A stretch of DNA of 64,000 nucleotides. Origin: a bacterium (GTDB lineage Bacteria; UBA9089; JASEGY01). The position numbers and the translations under genes are program-made. The notes under the pieces were generated by a model that saw nothing but the letters and a program-made list of their open reading frames with translations, had not been told where the DNA came from and searched no databases. Positions within the stretch are counted from its first letter, which is position 1; every line of letters begins with the position of its first letter. Location: positions 4,087 through 68,086 of the forward strand of contig JBFMHI010000002.1 in assembly GCA_040753085.1 (NCBI GenBank), read 5' to 3'. This document shows positions 54,852 through 63,841 of this stretch, piece by piece.

Positions 54852-55340
54852 CATATCTCCTTGGATTACTCCTTCTATCAACCTAAAGGCTTCAGCGGCT
54901 GTTTGATTCTTGATCTCTATTCGCTCACCAGTGAAATTAAACTTCCTTATAGTAACTTTTCCTTTAAAGGAAAGGGCGATGTAGACCAGACCAACCGGTT
55001 TTTCTTTAGTCCCTCCTGAGGGCCCGGCGATACCGGTCACCCCTAAGCCCACATCGGTCTTCAATAGCCGGGCTATCCCAAGGGCCATCGCTCTGGCTGT
55101 CTCCCGGCTCACGGCTCCGAACCGCTGAATTACCTCAGGGTTAACACCCAGAATTTTCATTTTGACCTCGTTACTATAGGCCACCACCCCCCCTATAAAG
55201 TAATTCGAACTGCCCGGAACATTGGTAAATTGATGCGAGATTAAACCACCGCTGCATGATTCAGCTATCCCGATGGTTAATTGTCGCTCACTTAGAATCT
55301 GGCTGACACGCCTTGCGATTGCGGATGGCGGATTTTTCAT
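54810..55340 (-). CDS. pncC: CinA C-terminal domain protein / nicotinamide-nucleotide amidohydrolase PncC (C-terminal 14 aa encoded by an inserted MITE)
   Basis: LTIGIAESCSGGLISHQFT and GVTGIAGP motifs. Confidence 0.85.
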   Translation of the reverse strand: MKNPPSAIARRVSQILSERQLTIGIAESCSGGLISHQFTNVPGSSNYFIGGVVAYSNEVKMKILGVNPEVIQRFGAVSRETARAMALGIARLLKTDVGLGVTGIAGPSGGTKEKPVGLVYIALSFKGKVTIRKFNFTGERIEIKNQTAAEAFRLIEGVIQGDMVTTQVNKLKLEGF

Positions 55341-55355
55341 TTTGGATTCCAGATG

Positions 55356-56219
55356 TTACATTCTGCTCCTTACTTCTTTCCTAGTAAAAACCCGGTTGAT
55401 TACCTCCCCTTTTTTCCCCAGCGGGGGTAAGACTCGACCATTCCATCTAAGGATTAAGTTGCCGGCATCGCCAACGGTTATCTCTATCCTGTCAAACGCT
55501 TCCCATCTCACAGTCTGTCCCGGAGTAAGTGTCTCTTCCTCTTCTTCACCGTCCAGGGAAACCAGAACCCAAACTTCCTTCAGGATTTCGGCTTCCAAGA
55601 CCAACATTTTCGGATTATAATCCTGCCTATCAGCGATCTGTTTCTCTTCAACAGCTTGAGCTTCCAAGGCCGTTGAAGTTTCACGGGTATCTATTAATTC
55701 TGTTGAAGTAAACGTCAAGAATTCAGGCGTATCGGTTGATTCTTCAGGCGCAAGTGATTCCTCCGAGAGCGGTTTTTTCTGAAAGATATCCCTTTCTGTC
55801 TCTACGGATTGAGTGGCCGGGGTGATGTCCTTCTCTCCTTCCATAAATTGGGCTAAAGAAAACCAGAGGATAGCTCCCAAAACAAGAATTGAGAAGCCAA
55901 ACAGCACATCCTTTCGTCCACCTGAAGAAACAGCATCAGCCTCTCGCTGCCGAGGGAGAGGGACAGCCTTTTTAGTCACATGCGGATGAGAGGATATCTC
56001 CTCTTTCAATAGGCGATTCATTTCCTCAGGGTCAAGGCCAAGAAAGGCACAGTATTTCCGTAAAAATCCGTAGAGGTAAGTTTCCCCAGGAATCAGATCA
56101 TAGGCCTCATTTTCCAGGGCCTTCAGATGCTTTTGGTTAATATGTGTTTCTCTGGCGGCCTCTTCCAGTGAAATTTCTTTTTCTTCCCGTTTGGCCTGCA
56201 GGATTTCGCCTAAAGACAT
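55356..56219 (-). CDS. rodZ: RodZ-like cytoskeleton protein (XRE-type HTH, TM segment, C-terminal DUF4115-like)
   Basis: N-terminal HTH MSLGEILQAKREEKEISLEEAARETHINQKHLKALE; TM helix VLFGFSILVLGAILWF. Confidence 0.75.
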   Translation of the reverse strand: MSLGEILQAKREEKEISLEEAARETHINQKHLKALENEAYDLIPGETYLYGFLRKYCAFLGLDPEEMNRLLKEEISSHPHVTKKAVPLPRQREADAVSSGGRKDVLFGFSILVLGAILWFSLAQFMEGEKDITPATQSVETERDIFQKKPLSEESLAPEESTDTPEFLTFTSTELIDTRETSTALEAQAVEEKQIADRQDYNPKMLVLEAEILKEVWVLVSLDGEEEEETLTPGQTVRWEAFDRIEITVGDAGNLILRWNGRVLPPLGKKGEVINRVFTRKEVRSRM

Positions 56220-56378
56220 GTTTACCCCCTTTATCTATTACCCAATATATCATAGATATAATCTTATTTCAAGACATTTTTATCTTGAGCCATCTGTGAA
56301 GAATGAAAATCTTGACTTCGCCCCTGATTTATGTTATGATAAGCGTTGAAAATGGAGAGCAGTGTCAAAAGATATACG

Positions 56379-56467
56379 GTAACCGTTCATCCCTCGATGC
56401 TGGATCCCCGATGCTCGATGCTCGAGCATCGGGGATCGAGTTTGTGCCTTAGTGGCTGAACGCTTAC
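56379..56467. mobile_element. short CATCGAG-family MITE (TIR GTAACCGTTCA / TGAACGCTTAC)
   Basis: gtaaccgttcatccctcgatgctggatccccgatgctcgatgctcgagcatcggggatcgagtttgtgccttagtggctgaacgcttac. Confidence 0.7.
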
Positions 56468-56531
56468 GAAATATGAAAGTGGATATGTTAGGCTCTTGTT
56501 TCTCTGGAAGGACAAGTGAAGATTAGGCCCT

Positions 56532-58829
56532 ATGAAAGATTTCAATCTCTTACAGGTAAGCAGTATAATTTTACTCCTTTTGCTCTTCCTCCCTGGTTGC
56601 TGGACCAGGGATGAAGTAATGACCATCCGTCTTTGGGAATTCCCCCGCTGGCGTGAGGGGGATGAGCTGGACCGCTTTGTCTGGATCAAGCGTCAGATAG
56701 CCGAGTTTGAAGCGAGCCATCCTGGGGTCAAGATCGAGTTGACTGAGTTGACCTGGGATAGGGGCCAGGATAAGATCCGGATCGCCACCGCGGCCGGGTT
56801 GGGGCCGGACATTGTCTCCGGCAGTCTGCCGGTGGAATATATTGAAGCCGGAGTGATAGAACCAATAGATGATTATCTGGCTCTCGAGGATAAGAAAGAT
56901 TACTACCCGGCCGGCTTCAGCGCCTATACCTATAAAGGCAAACACTGGGGCTGGCCATGGTTTCTGACCGGTCAGATGCTTTTTTTGAATCTGGATATAT
57001 TTAAAGAACGGGGAGTGGAACCCCCACAGGGTCCCTGGACTTACGAAGAGTTTGCCGCTAAAATGAAGGCCATGACCTTTGATTCTGACGGAGATAAAAG
57101 GGTAGACACTTATGGCTTCGGCTTTACAGTCACTCCCGGCGCCACCGATATCTGGCCATTTCTTTATATGGATGGCGGCCGCGCCTTGAGTGATGATCTC
57201 ACGCAATATACCTTTGATGAACCACCTGGCGTCTCCGGCCTGAGCCAACTGCGGGACCTGGTCCATACCTACCGGGTGTCTTTACCGGAGAGTGGTGGTC
57301 TGAAAACAACCGACCTCTGGCAGGCCTTTGCCAAGCAGAGACGGATTGCCTGCGCTCCCTGGGGTATTTGGGCCATCCCTGCCCTAAGGTTTGATGAGGC
57401 CCAAAAAGCGAAGGGATTAACGGAGGAGGATTTCTTTGACTTCACGGTGGTCGGTTATCCTATGGGCAAGAGCGGCCAACCTTTAACTTTCATTGGGGTA
57501 AGTGGGTTCATTGTCTTTAAACAGCCTGACCCTGCCAGGCGAGATATGTGCATAGAACTGGCTAAATCTCTTACCAGCGGTCAGAACCAGAAGGCTCTGG
57601 CTGCTTATGGGGTCTTTCCTACCCGCGTCTCAGCCGGGAATATTTATCCGGACGATCCCTATATGACTAAGGCGGCTAAAATCCTTCAGGATGGCCTAAC
57701 TGTTCCGGCTCATCCTGATTGGGGTAAGATGGATGAGGTCATTCAGCGGCAGATCCAATTGGCTGTTTTGGGTGAAAAAAGTGCGGCTGCCGCCCTGACT
57801 GATGCCGGAGTAGAGGTTGAAGCTATCCTGTCTCAAAGGCTAAAGACCACTGCCGACTTGAAGGGCATTGGAGTCGGGGAAAAGGCGGGAAACTACCTCT
57901 ATCTTTTTCTATTTCTGGCTGGAGCCTTGATACTCTGGTTAGGACTGAAGATGAGGGGCATAAAGGAATCCACCCGCTTTGCCTACCTAGCTATTTCCCC
58001 GGCGATGCTTATCTTTGCCGTTTTCCTGGCCTTTCCGGTCGGTCGGGCCTTTTTATTGGCCTTTCAGGAATACGAAATCGGCGGCCCTATCCTGGGGAAT
58101 TGGGTCGGCGCCGACAACTTTCGGGCCTTAGCTAAAAATGAGGTCTTCTGGAAATCCCTGAAGAATACCCTGGTCTACACGGCCTTTACGGTCCCGATAA
58201 ATGTCCTGATTGCCCTTATTCTGGCTAGCCTCATTCATCCCTTATCCGACCGCATGCGGACCTTTTTCCGGGCGGCCTATTATCTCCCCCATGTCACCTC
58301 AGTAGTGGTCATCTCCATGGTCTGGCGCTGGCTTTTTGATTACAACTACGGTCTCTTAAACCAGGTCCTTACCGGCCTGGGCCTTGAAGGCCTTCACTGG
58401 CTGACTGATGTTCACCTGGCCATGGGCAGCATCATTGGCTCCAGCCTGCTTTACACCCCTGGCGGCCCGATTATTATCTATCTGGCGGCTCTGGCGGCCA
58501 TGCCTTCTTCCCTTCACGAAGCAGCCCTGATGGACGGGGCCGGGCCAATCCGCCGCTGGTGGCACATCACCCTCCCCCTGCTTCGACCCACTACCCTGTT
58601 TTTGTTAGTCACTACTTCCATCGCCTCCTTTCAGGTCTTTGCCCAGGTGCTCATTCTAACTGATGGCGGCCCTGGCTATGCCACTTCTGTCTTAGTTCAC
58701 CGCATCTACACCACCGCCTTTAGAGACTTTGACTTCGGCCTCGCCTCAGCTATGGCCTTGATTCTTTTTGTAGTCATTATGACTATCTCTGCCATCCAAT
58801 TTAAGATTTTCAGGAAAAAATGGGAGTAA
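56532..58829 (+). CDS. fused ABC transporter: carbohydrate substrate-binding lipoprotein (aa 1 to about 450) plus permease domain (aa about 460-765)
   Basis: Lipoprotein signal LLLLLFLPGCW; SBP family 1-like domain; then 6 TM helices with EAA loop EAALMDGAGPIRRWWHITLP in the same reading frame. Confidence 0.7.
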   Translation: MKDFNLLQVSSIILLLLLFLPGCWTRDEVMTIRLWEFPRWREGDELDRFVWIKRQIAEFEASHPGVKIELTELTWDRGQDKIRIATAAGLGPDIVSGSLPVEYIEAGVIEPIDDYLALEDKKDYYPAGFSAYTYKGKHWGWPWFLTGQMLFLNLDIFKERGVEPPQGPWTYEEFAAKMKAMTFDSDGDKRVDTYGFGFTVTPGATDIWPFLYMDGGRALSDDLTQYTFDEPPGVSGLSQLRDLVHTYRVSLPESGGLKTTDLWQAFAKQRRIACAPWGIWAIPALRFDEAQKAKGLTEEDFFDFTVVGYPMGKSGQPLTFIGVSGFIVFKQPDPARRDMCIELAKSLTSGQNQKALAAYGVFPTRVSAGNIYPDDPYMTKAAKILQDGLTVPAHPDWGKMDEVIQRQIQLAVLGEKSAAAALTDAGVEVEAILSQRLKTTADLKGIGVGEKAGNYLYLFLFLAGALILWLGLKMRGIKESTRFAYLAISPAMLIFAVFLAFPVGRAFLLAFQEYEIGGPILGNWVGADNFRALAKNEVFWKSLKNTLVYTAFTVPINVLIALILASLIHPLSDRMRTFFRAAYYLPHVTSVVVISMVWRWLFDYNYGLLNQVLTGLGLEGLHWLTDVHLAMGSIIGSSLLYTPGGPIIIYLAALAAMPSSLHEAALMDGAGPIRRWWHITLPLLRPTTLFLLVTTSIASFQVFAQVLILTDGGPGYATSVLVHRIYTTAFRDFDFGLASAMALILFVVIMTISAIQFKIFRKKWE

Positions 58830-59025
58830 CTATTCAGCCACGGATTAACCCGGATTAGCACGGATAAAATAGAATGAGTTTAAAATAGGGAAAAATAACA
58901 GAGGACATTATCGGGAGGAGCATTTGAAGTTTACAATTTGGAAGAGAAAGAGTTGAATTTAAACGATTCATATTATTAAAAAAAATCAGTGTTTCATCCG
59001 TGTAAATCTGTGGCTGAATAGTTAC
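58826..59025. repeat. hairpin element with TIR GTAACTATTCAGCCAC / GTGGCTGAATAGTTAC and CGGATTA-type heptamers, large central loop
   Basis: gtaactattcagccacggattaacccggattagcacggat ... tcatccgtgtaaatctgtggctgaatagttac; partial relatives at 53215-53260, 62367-62405 and 62880-62930. Confidence 0.6.
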
Positions 59026-59112
59026 TCGTGAACAAAGATTAGAGGGAAATCGAGGATCGAGCATCGAACATCGAGCATCGAGGATTATCGGGTGGCGGCG
59101 GGAGGCAGCGCT

Positions 59113-59718
59113 ATGAAATACCTGGCGAATTTAATTTTCTTTGTCCTGATTTTACTCGCTGGCTGTGGAGAAAAGAAAGAGCCGCCCATTAAAATATTTG
59201 ACCTTAAAAAGACTAATATTCAACAGAAGGTTATCCCAACTGGTGAACCGATTCCCTGGGATGAGTTAATTCATACCCTACCTTCCCCTTTGGAGGGATT
59301 TATAGAAAAATGGCAGCGGGAGGGAAGAACATTCAGTTCTAAGACGTGGAAGGTCTCAGAAGTTAAGGCAGGTTATACCTCCCCTGAGACCCCCCTCATT
59401 GAAGTAAAAATTACTGACTTTGCCTATATTTCTTCTTATCCTCTTTATAAAAACTGGCTTGAATTCAGAAAATCTGAAGAAAACTTTTCCGCTGGTTACC
59501 GGCTGGCCACGTGGATCAGGAATCATCCCGCTATTGAGGAATATTATTATCAAGGAGGCAAGGGCAGCTTAACCTTTATGATCGGTAAAAGATTCGCCGT
59601 CGAAATTAGAGGCGAGGGGATGAAAGCTCCGGCTATACTCTCCAAGTTCGCTAAGCAGATAGATATTGAGCAGTTAACTAAATGGGCTAAATCATTAGAC
59701 AGTAGTCAGTCGAAATGA
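59113..59718 (+). CDS. hypothetical lipoprotein encoded inside the ABC transporter operon
   Basis: MKYLANLIFFVLILLAGCGEKKE; no domain recognised; start chosen at the second Met of the track ORF. Confidence 0.5.
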   Translation: MKYLANLIFFVLILLAGCGEKKEPPIKIFDLKKTNIQQKVIPTGEPIPWDELIHTLPSPLEGFIEKWQREGRTFSSKTWKVSEVKAGYTSPETPLIEVKITDFAYISSYPLYKNWLEFRKSEENFSAGYRLATWIRNHPAIEEYYYQGGKGSLTFMIGKRFAVEIRGEGMKAPAILSKFAKQIDIEQLTKWAKSLDSSQSK

Positions 59719-60578
59719 AGAAAACCACCCTCTTCCTTTTACTATCCCCCTGGCTTATTACCTTCAGTCTCTTCTGGGCCTATCCTATTTATCATTCCCT
59801 GATTCTGAGCTTTATGGATTATAACCCTCTTCGGCCTGAGACAGTCAGGTGGATCGGCCTGGATAACTACCAGGCCCTTATTTCTGACCCCACCTTTCGC
59901 ATGGCCCTGCGCAATACCAGCTTCTTTGTCTTCGGGACAATTCCGATTACTACTATTCTGGCCCTTAGCCTGGCCCTCTTGATAAACAAACTTCCCCTCC
60001 AGGGTCTCTATCGGGCCGGATTCTTTATGCCTTCTATTATCTCGATAGTGGTTATTGCCCTGATCTTCAAAGGGTTATATGCCCCTAACGGTTATCTTAA
60101 CTACTTTTTAAGTTTCTTCGGGATTAAGGCCCAAAGCTGGCTGGTAGATCCAAAACTGGCCCTGCCATCTATTATGGCGATGGATATATGGGAGGCGGTT
60201 GGTTACTATATGGTCCTTTTTCTGGCCGGACTTCAGACCATACCGTCTGAAGTTTACGAATCAGCTCATCTGGATGGGGCCGGAGCCTGGAGAAGGTTTT
60301 GGCATATCACCCTCCCCTATCTTCGACCTATGGTCCTCTTTGTGCTGGTCATAAATACTATTAGATCCTTTCAGATATTCACTGAAATATTTACCCTGAC
60401 CAGAGGCGGCCCCTTAAAGAGCACCTATACTATTGTCTACTACCTTTATGAAGCTGGTTTTCACCATTTTACCGCCGGCTATGCCTCAGCCATAGCCTAT
60501 CTTCTGTTTCTCATTATTCTTGGCTTTTCGCTGCTTCAGATGAAGGCCTTCAGGCTTGGTAAGGGAATAGCGGATTAA
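59715..60578 (+). CDS. carbohydrate-type ABC transporter permease
   Basis: EAA loop ESAHLDGAGAWRRFWHITLP; 6 TM helices. Confidence 0.85.
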   Translation: MKKTTLFLLLSPWLITFSLFWAYPIYHSLILSFMDYNPLRPETVRWIGLDNYQALISDPTFRMALRNTSFFVFGTIPITTILALSLALLINKLPLQGLYRAGFFMPSIISIVVIALIFKGLYAPNGYLNYFLSFFGIKAQSWLVDPKLALPSIMAMDIWEAVGYYMVLFLAGLQTIPSEVYESAHLDGAGAWRRFWHITLPYLRPMVLFVLVINTIRSFQIFTEIFTLTRGGPLKSTYTIVYYLYEAGFHHFTAGYASAIAYLLFLIILGFSLLQMKAFRLGKGIAD

Positions 60579-60595
60579 CTCGAATCACGAATCAC

Positions 60596-61537
60596 TCAGG
60601 TAGCTGAGAGGTGTCCACCCCAGCGGAGCTTTGTTTTCAAGACCTGGTAAAAACTCCTGGCCTCGGGCTTGACTAAATAAATACACTCTTTGGCCTTTCC
60701 GGCGGTGATTCTGTCGCCTGACTTTAATGGATAGCCTGACTGGCCATCCTGGGTGAGCATCATCTCTCCTCGCGGTCCGGAGGAGACAACCAGGGATATC
60801 TCCTCATCAGGGCCAATGATGACAGGTCGCAGGGCCAGGGTATGAGGGCAAATAGGCGTGGCCATCAAGACCTCTAATCCGGGATTCAAGATTGGCCCAC
60901 CAGCCGAGAGGGAGTAAGCCGTAGAGCCGGTGGGGGTGGCCAGGATCATCCCGTCGGCTTCAAAGTTGGCTACTAATTCATCAGCAATAAAGAGGGTAAT
61001 GTTGATAGACCTGGCTAATGCCCCGCAGGTGATGACCACATCGTTTAAGGCCTTAAAGGCGGCGGCTTCAGTTCCTTCTCTCTCCACCTTCGCCTCCAGC
61101 ATCATCCTGGGCTCCAGTTCAAAGCGGTGGGCTAAGATGGACTCGATGGCAGGAAAAAGTTCCTCCTGGGTTACTTCGGTTAGAAAACCCAGGCTGCCTA
61201 AATTCACCGCCAGAATAGGCACGCCTTCAGGCCAGGCCAGTTGGGCCGTGTGAAGAAGGGTGCCATCTCCGCCCAGGGCGATAAGTAGGTCGGCCTCAGC
61301 TCCCAAATTAGCTGAAACAGAAATGGCTTTCTTGGCCAGGTCTAAAGACGCCCCTGGTTCGATAAGGGCCTTAATGTCCTTCTTATCCAGCCAGTCAATC
61401 AATTTAGAGGCCACTACTGCCGCCCCTGGCCGGTAAGGATTGACTACCAAACCTATCTTCTTTATGGCGGATGGCGCACCCACTTTGTGGGTAGCCGGGA
61501 TTGCGGATTGCGGATTGCGGATTGCGGATTGTTTCAT
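60596..61537 (-). CDS. nadK: NAD+ kinase (true start probably downstream of the repeat-encoded N-terminus)
   Basis: GGDGTLL motif and NAD-kinase fold. The track N-terminus MKQSAIRNPQSAIP is translated from a CAATCCG heptamer array. Confidence 0.85.
   Translation of the reverse strand: MKQSAIRNPQSAIPATHKVGAPSAIKKIGLVVNPYRPGAAVVASKLIDWLDKKDIKALIEPGASLDLAKKAISVSANLGAEADLLIALGGDGTLLHTAQLAWPEGVPILAVNLGSLGFLTEVTQEELFPAIESILAHRFELEPRMMLEAKVEREGTEAAAFKALNDVVITCGALARSINITLFIADELVANFEADGMILATPTGSTAYSLSAGGPILNPGLEVLMATPICPHTLALRPVIIGPDEEISLVVSSGPRGEMMLTQDGQSGYPLKSGDRITAGKAKECIYLVKPEARSFYQVLKTKLRWGGHLSAT
61493..61532. repeat. CGGATTG heptamer array (x5) at the 5' end of nadK
   Basis: gggattgcggattgcggattgcggattgcggattg. 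Confidence 0.7.
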
Positions 61538-61555
61538 CAGAAAAACTCCCTAATA

Positions 61556-61640
61556 TGGATGCTGGATGCTCGATACTCGATACTCGATACTCGATGCTCG
61601 AGCCTCGAGTATCGAGTATCGAGTATAGAGCATCGAGGAT
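61556..61640. repeat. CATCGAG-family heptamer hairpin (no outer TIR)
   Basis: gatgctggatgctcgatactcgatactcgatactcgatgctcgagcctcgagtatcgagtatcgagtatagagcatcgagg. Confidence 0.7.
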
Positions 61641-61644
61641 GGCG

Positions 61645-62352
61645 TTACGCCTCCCCCAGGTAGGCCCTTTTGACCTGCTCATTATTAAGGAACCATTTTG
61701 CCTGGCCGGAAAGGGTAATTCGGCCTGTCTCCAGGACATATCCCCGGTTGGCTAATTTTAAGGCCATATGGGCGTTCTGCTCTACCAGGAAAATAGTCAC
61801 GCCCTCTTTATTTATTTCTTCAAGAATAGTGAAAATCTGCTGAACCAGTTTGGGGGCCAGCCCCAGAGAAGGCTCATCCAGCAGGAGGAGTTTAGGCCTG
61901 GCCATCAATCCCCGGCCAATAGCCAGTATCTGCTGTTCTCCGCCGCTTAGGGTTCCGGCTATCTGTTTCCTTCGCTCCTTAAGGATAGGAAAGAGATTAA
62001 AGACCCTGTCCATATCAGCTTTAATCCGCCCTTTATCCTGATTGAGGTAAACGCCTATCTCCAGGTTTTCTATGACGGTCATATCGGAGAAAAGCCGGCG
62101 ACCTTCGGGAACCTGGCAGATGCCAAGTTTCACAATCTCAGTCGTAGGCAGCCGGGTGATATCTTTACCCTGAAATTCGATCAGCCCGGTTCTTTTTTCT
62201 ACTACCCCGCAAATAGTATTAAGGGTGGTCGACTTTCCGGCCCCGTTAGATCCAATCAGGGTAACGATCTCCCCTTCAGCTATTTGAAGAGATATCTCTC
62301 TCAAGACCTGACGATGACCGTAAAAAGCCGATACCAAATCGAGTTTGAGCAT
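61645..62352 (-). CDS. livF: branched-chain amino acid-type ABC transporter ATP-binding protein (LivF-like)
   Basis: Walker A GSNGAGKST, signature LSGGEQQ, Walker B LLLLDEPS. Confidence 0.85.
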   Translation of the reverse strand: MLKLDLVSAFYGHRQVLREISLQIAEGEIVTLIGSNGAGKSTTLNTICGVVEKRTGLIEFQGKDITRLPTTEIVKLGICQVPEGRRLFSDMTVIENLEIGVYLNQDKGRIKADMDRVFNLFPILKERRKQIAGTLSGGEQQILAIGRGLMARPKLLLLDEPSLGLAPKLVQQIFTILEEINKEGVTIFLVEQNAHMALKLANRGYVLETGRITLSGQAKWFLNNEQVKRAYLGEA

Positions 62353-62405
62353 AAGTTTAATAGATAGTAACTATTCAGCCACACAGATTTAAACACTGAT
62401 TTTTT

Positions 62406-62577
62406 GTAACCGTTCAGCCACCAAGGCACGAAGACACGAAGGGAAAAAAATATGTGTCTTAGAGAGCAGTAGAGCCATAGAGCAGCCGTTCTGGAACTTT
62501 CAGAAAAATCTCTAACTACTGCTCTGCTGCTCTACTGCTCTATTTTTGTGTCTTTGTGTCTTTGTGGCTGAACACTT
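62406..62577. mobile_element. GTGTCTT-family MITE (TIR GTAACCGTTCAGCCAC / GTGGCTGAACACTTAC) with a nested AGAGCAG/CTGCTCT heptamer hairpin
   Basis: Two nested inverted heptamer arrays (cacgaagacacgaag/gtgtctttgtgtctttgtgg and agagcagtagagccatagagcag/ctgctctgctgctctactgctct); the right terminus is interrupted by the next element. Confidence 0.7.
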
Positions 62578-62866
62578 ACGACCTGTGAAATAGGTTTAAA
62601 TAAAATGCAAGAAATTTCCCATAGACATAGATATTCAAGCTCTACTCCTACTAAAAACAGGTCGCTCCTACGGAGCTGCAAATATATGCTTTTGCGAAAT
62701 ACTACAAACAGATTGCTCCTACGGAGCTTTATTCAGGTTAGCTCCAGAGGAGCGACATGTTTGTAGAATATATCTCTCATAACAAATTAGCTCCAGAGGA
62801 GCGATCTGTTTATTCTCTTTCTTACCCTAATTGGGGGATATTTGTATAAACCTATTTCACAGGTCG
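62578..62866. mobile_element. inverted copy of the 288-bp MITE (TIR CGACCTGTGAAATAGGTTTA) with a perfect 8-bp TSD AACACTTA, inserted into the terminus of the preceding element
   Basis: AACACTTA at 62570-62577 and 62867-62874; the sequence is the reverse complement of 50958-51245 at about 95% identity. Confidence 0.8.
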
Positions 62867-62931
62867 AACACTTACAACTCATTCTATTTTATCCGTGCTA
62901 ATCCGTGTTAATCAGTGGCTGAATAGTTACG

Positions 62932-63732
62932 TTAGAGATATCTCGAAAGAAAATCAAGGATTTTTGGGAAAAGAATCCGGGCTTCCCTAATAAAGTCTTT
63001 AATTCTATCATAAATAATATCTAAATATTCATGAGCTAAAATATTTCTTAATCTCGCAAAACTTGAAAGTTTTTTCGCCTCTTCTTCTTTAAATCCCATA
63101 AAAAATCCAAAATTTGATAAAGATTGTTCATAAGTTTTGGGTATTTCTTTTTTTTCTGAAGCCAGAATAATCTTGGCAATATCAATGGTAGCATTAACTA
63201 TATTCTCAGTCCACCTTTCAATATTCCTCCTTTTTACCTTATCTTCTTGATATTCTCGAAAGGTTAGACTCTCGAATCCTTTAATTTCTTGAAACTCACT
63301 TTCTAAAAACTGTATTCTCTCCATCAAACGCACTTTATCCTCAGGAATTAAGGAGCTACTTCTTGAATAAATCCTCCAGTAATCTCTTACAAATTCATAA
63401 AAATCTTCGGCTTCAAGCGTTGCTGTTAAATATGTATCCAAGTACAAGTATCTATCTTTAATAACAAGCGGGATACCTGTTTTAAAGACATTAGAAATCA
63501 AAGTTGGAGGAACATTATTAAGCAATACTAAATCAATTTCTTTTTCCATAATTTTACATATTTCACTCCAAATTTTATCCTCCTCTTTTATATCTCTTAG
63601 ATACACCCCGATATCTACATCCGAATCTTCCCCCGCAAATCCTTTAACTGAGGAGCCAAAAATAAAAGATAAAGCTACATTTTCATTTTCTTTAAAATAC
63701 TTCTCCAATCTTTCTAATTTATCTTTTTCCAT
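62932..63732 (-). CDS. fused nucleotidyltransferase (MNT) - HEPN domain protein, AT-rich
   Basis: N-terminal GSSVKGFAGEDSDVDIGV (NTase GS..D.D motif); C-terminal RLRNILAHEY (HEPN Rx4-6H motif); visibly lower GC than its neighbours. Confidence 0.65.
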   Translation of the reverse strand: MEKDKLERLEKYFKENENVALSFIFGSSVKGFAGEDSDVDIGVYLRDIKEEDKIWSEICKIMEKEIDLVLLNNVPPTLISNVFKTGIPLVIKDRYLYLDTYLTATLEAEDFYEFVRDYWRIYSRSSSLIPEDKVRLMERIQFLESEFQEIKGFESLTFREYQEDKVKRRNIERWTENIVNATIDIAKIILASEKKEIPKTYEQSLSNFGFFMGFKEEEAKKLSSFARLRNILAHEYLDIIYDRIKDFIREARILFPKILDFLSRYL

Positions 63733-63841
63733 TTTTTGTCTCCTGATAATTCAGCAATGTCTTCCGTTCTGCCATTACCATCCACACAGTATATACAGGT
63801 GTTATAGTTATGTCAACTACTTTCCGAGTACAGATGATGGC

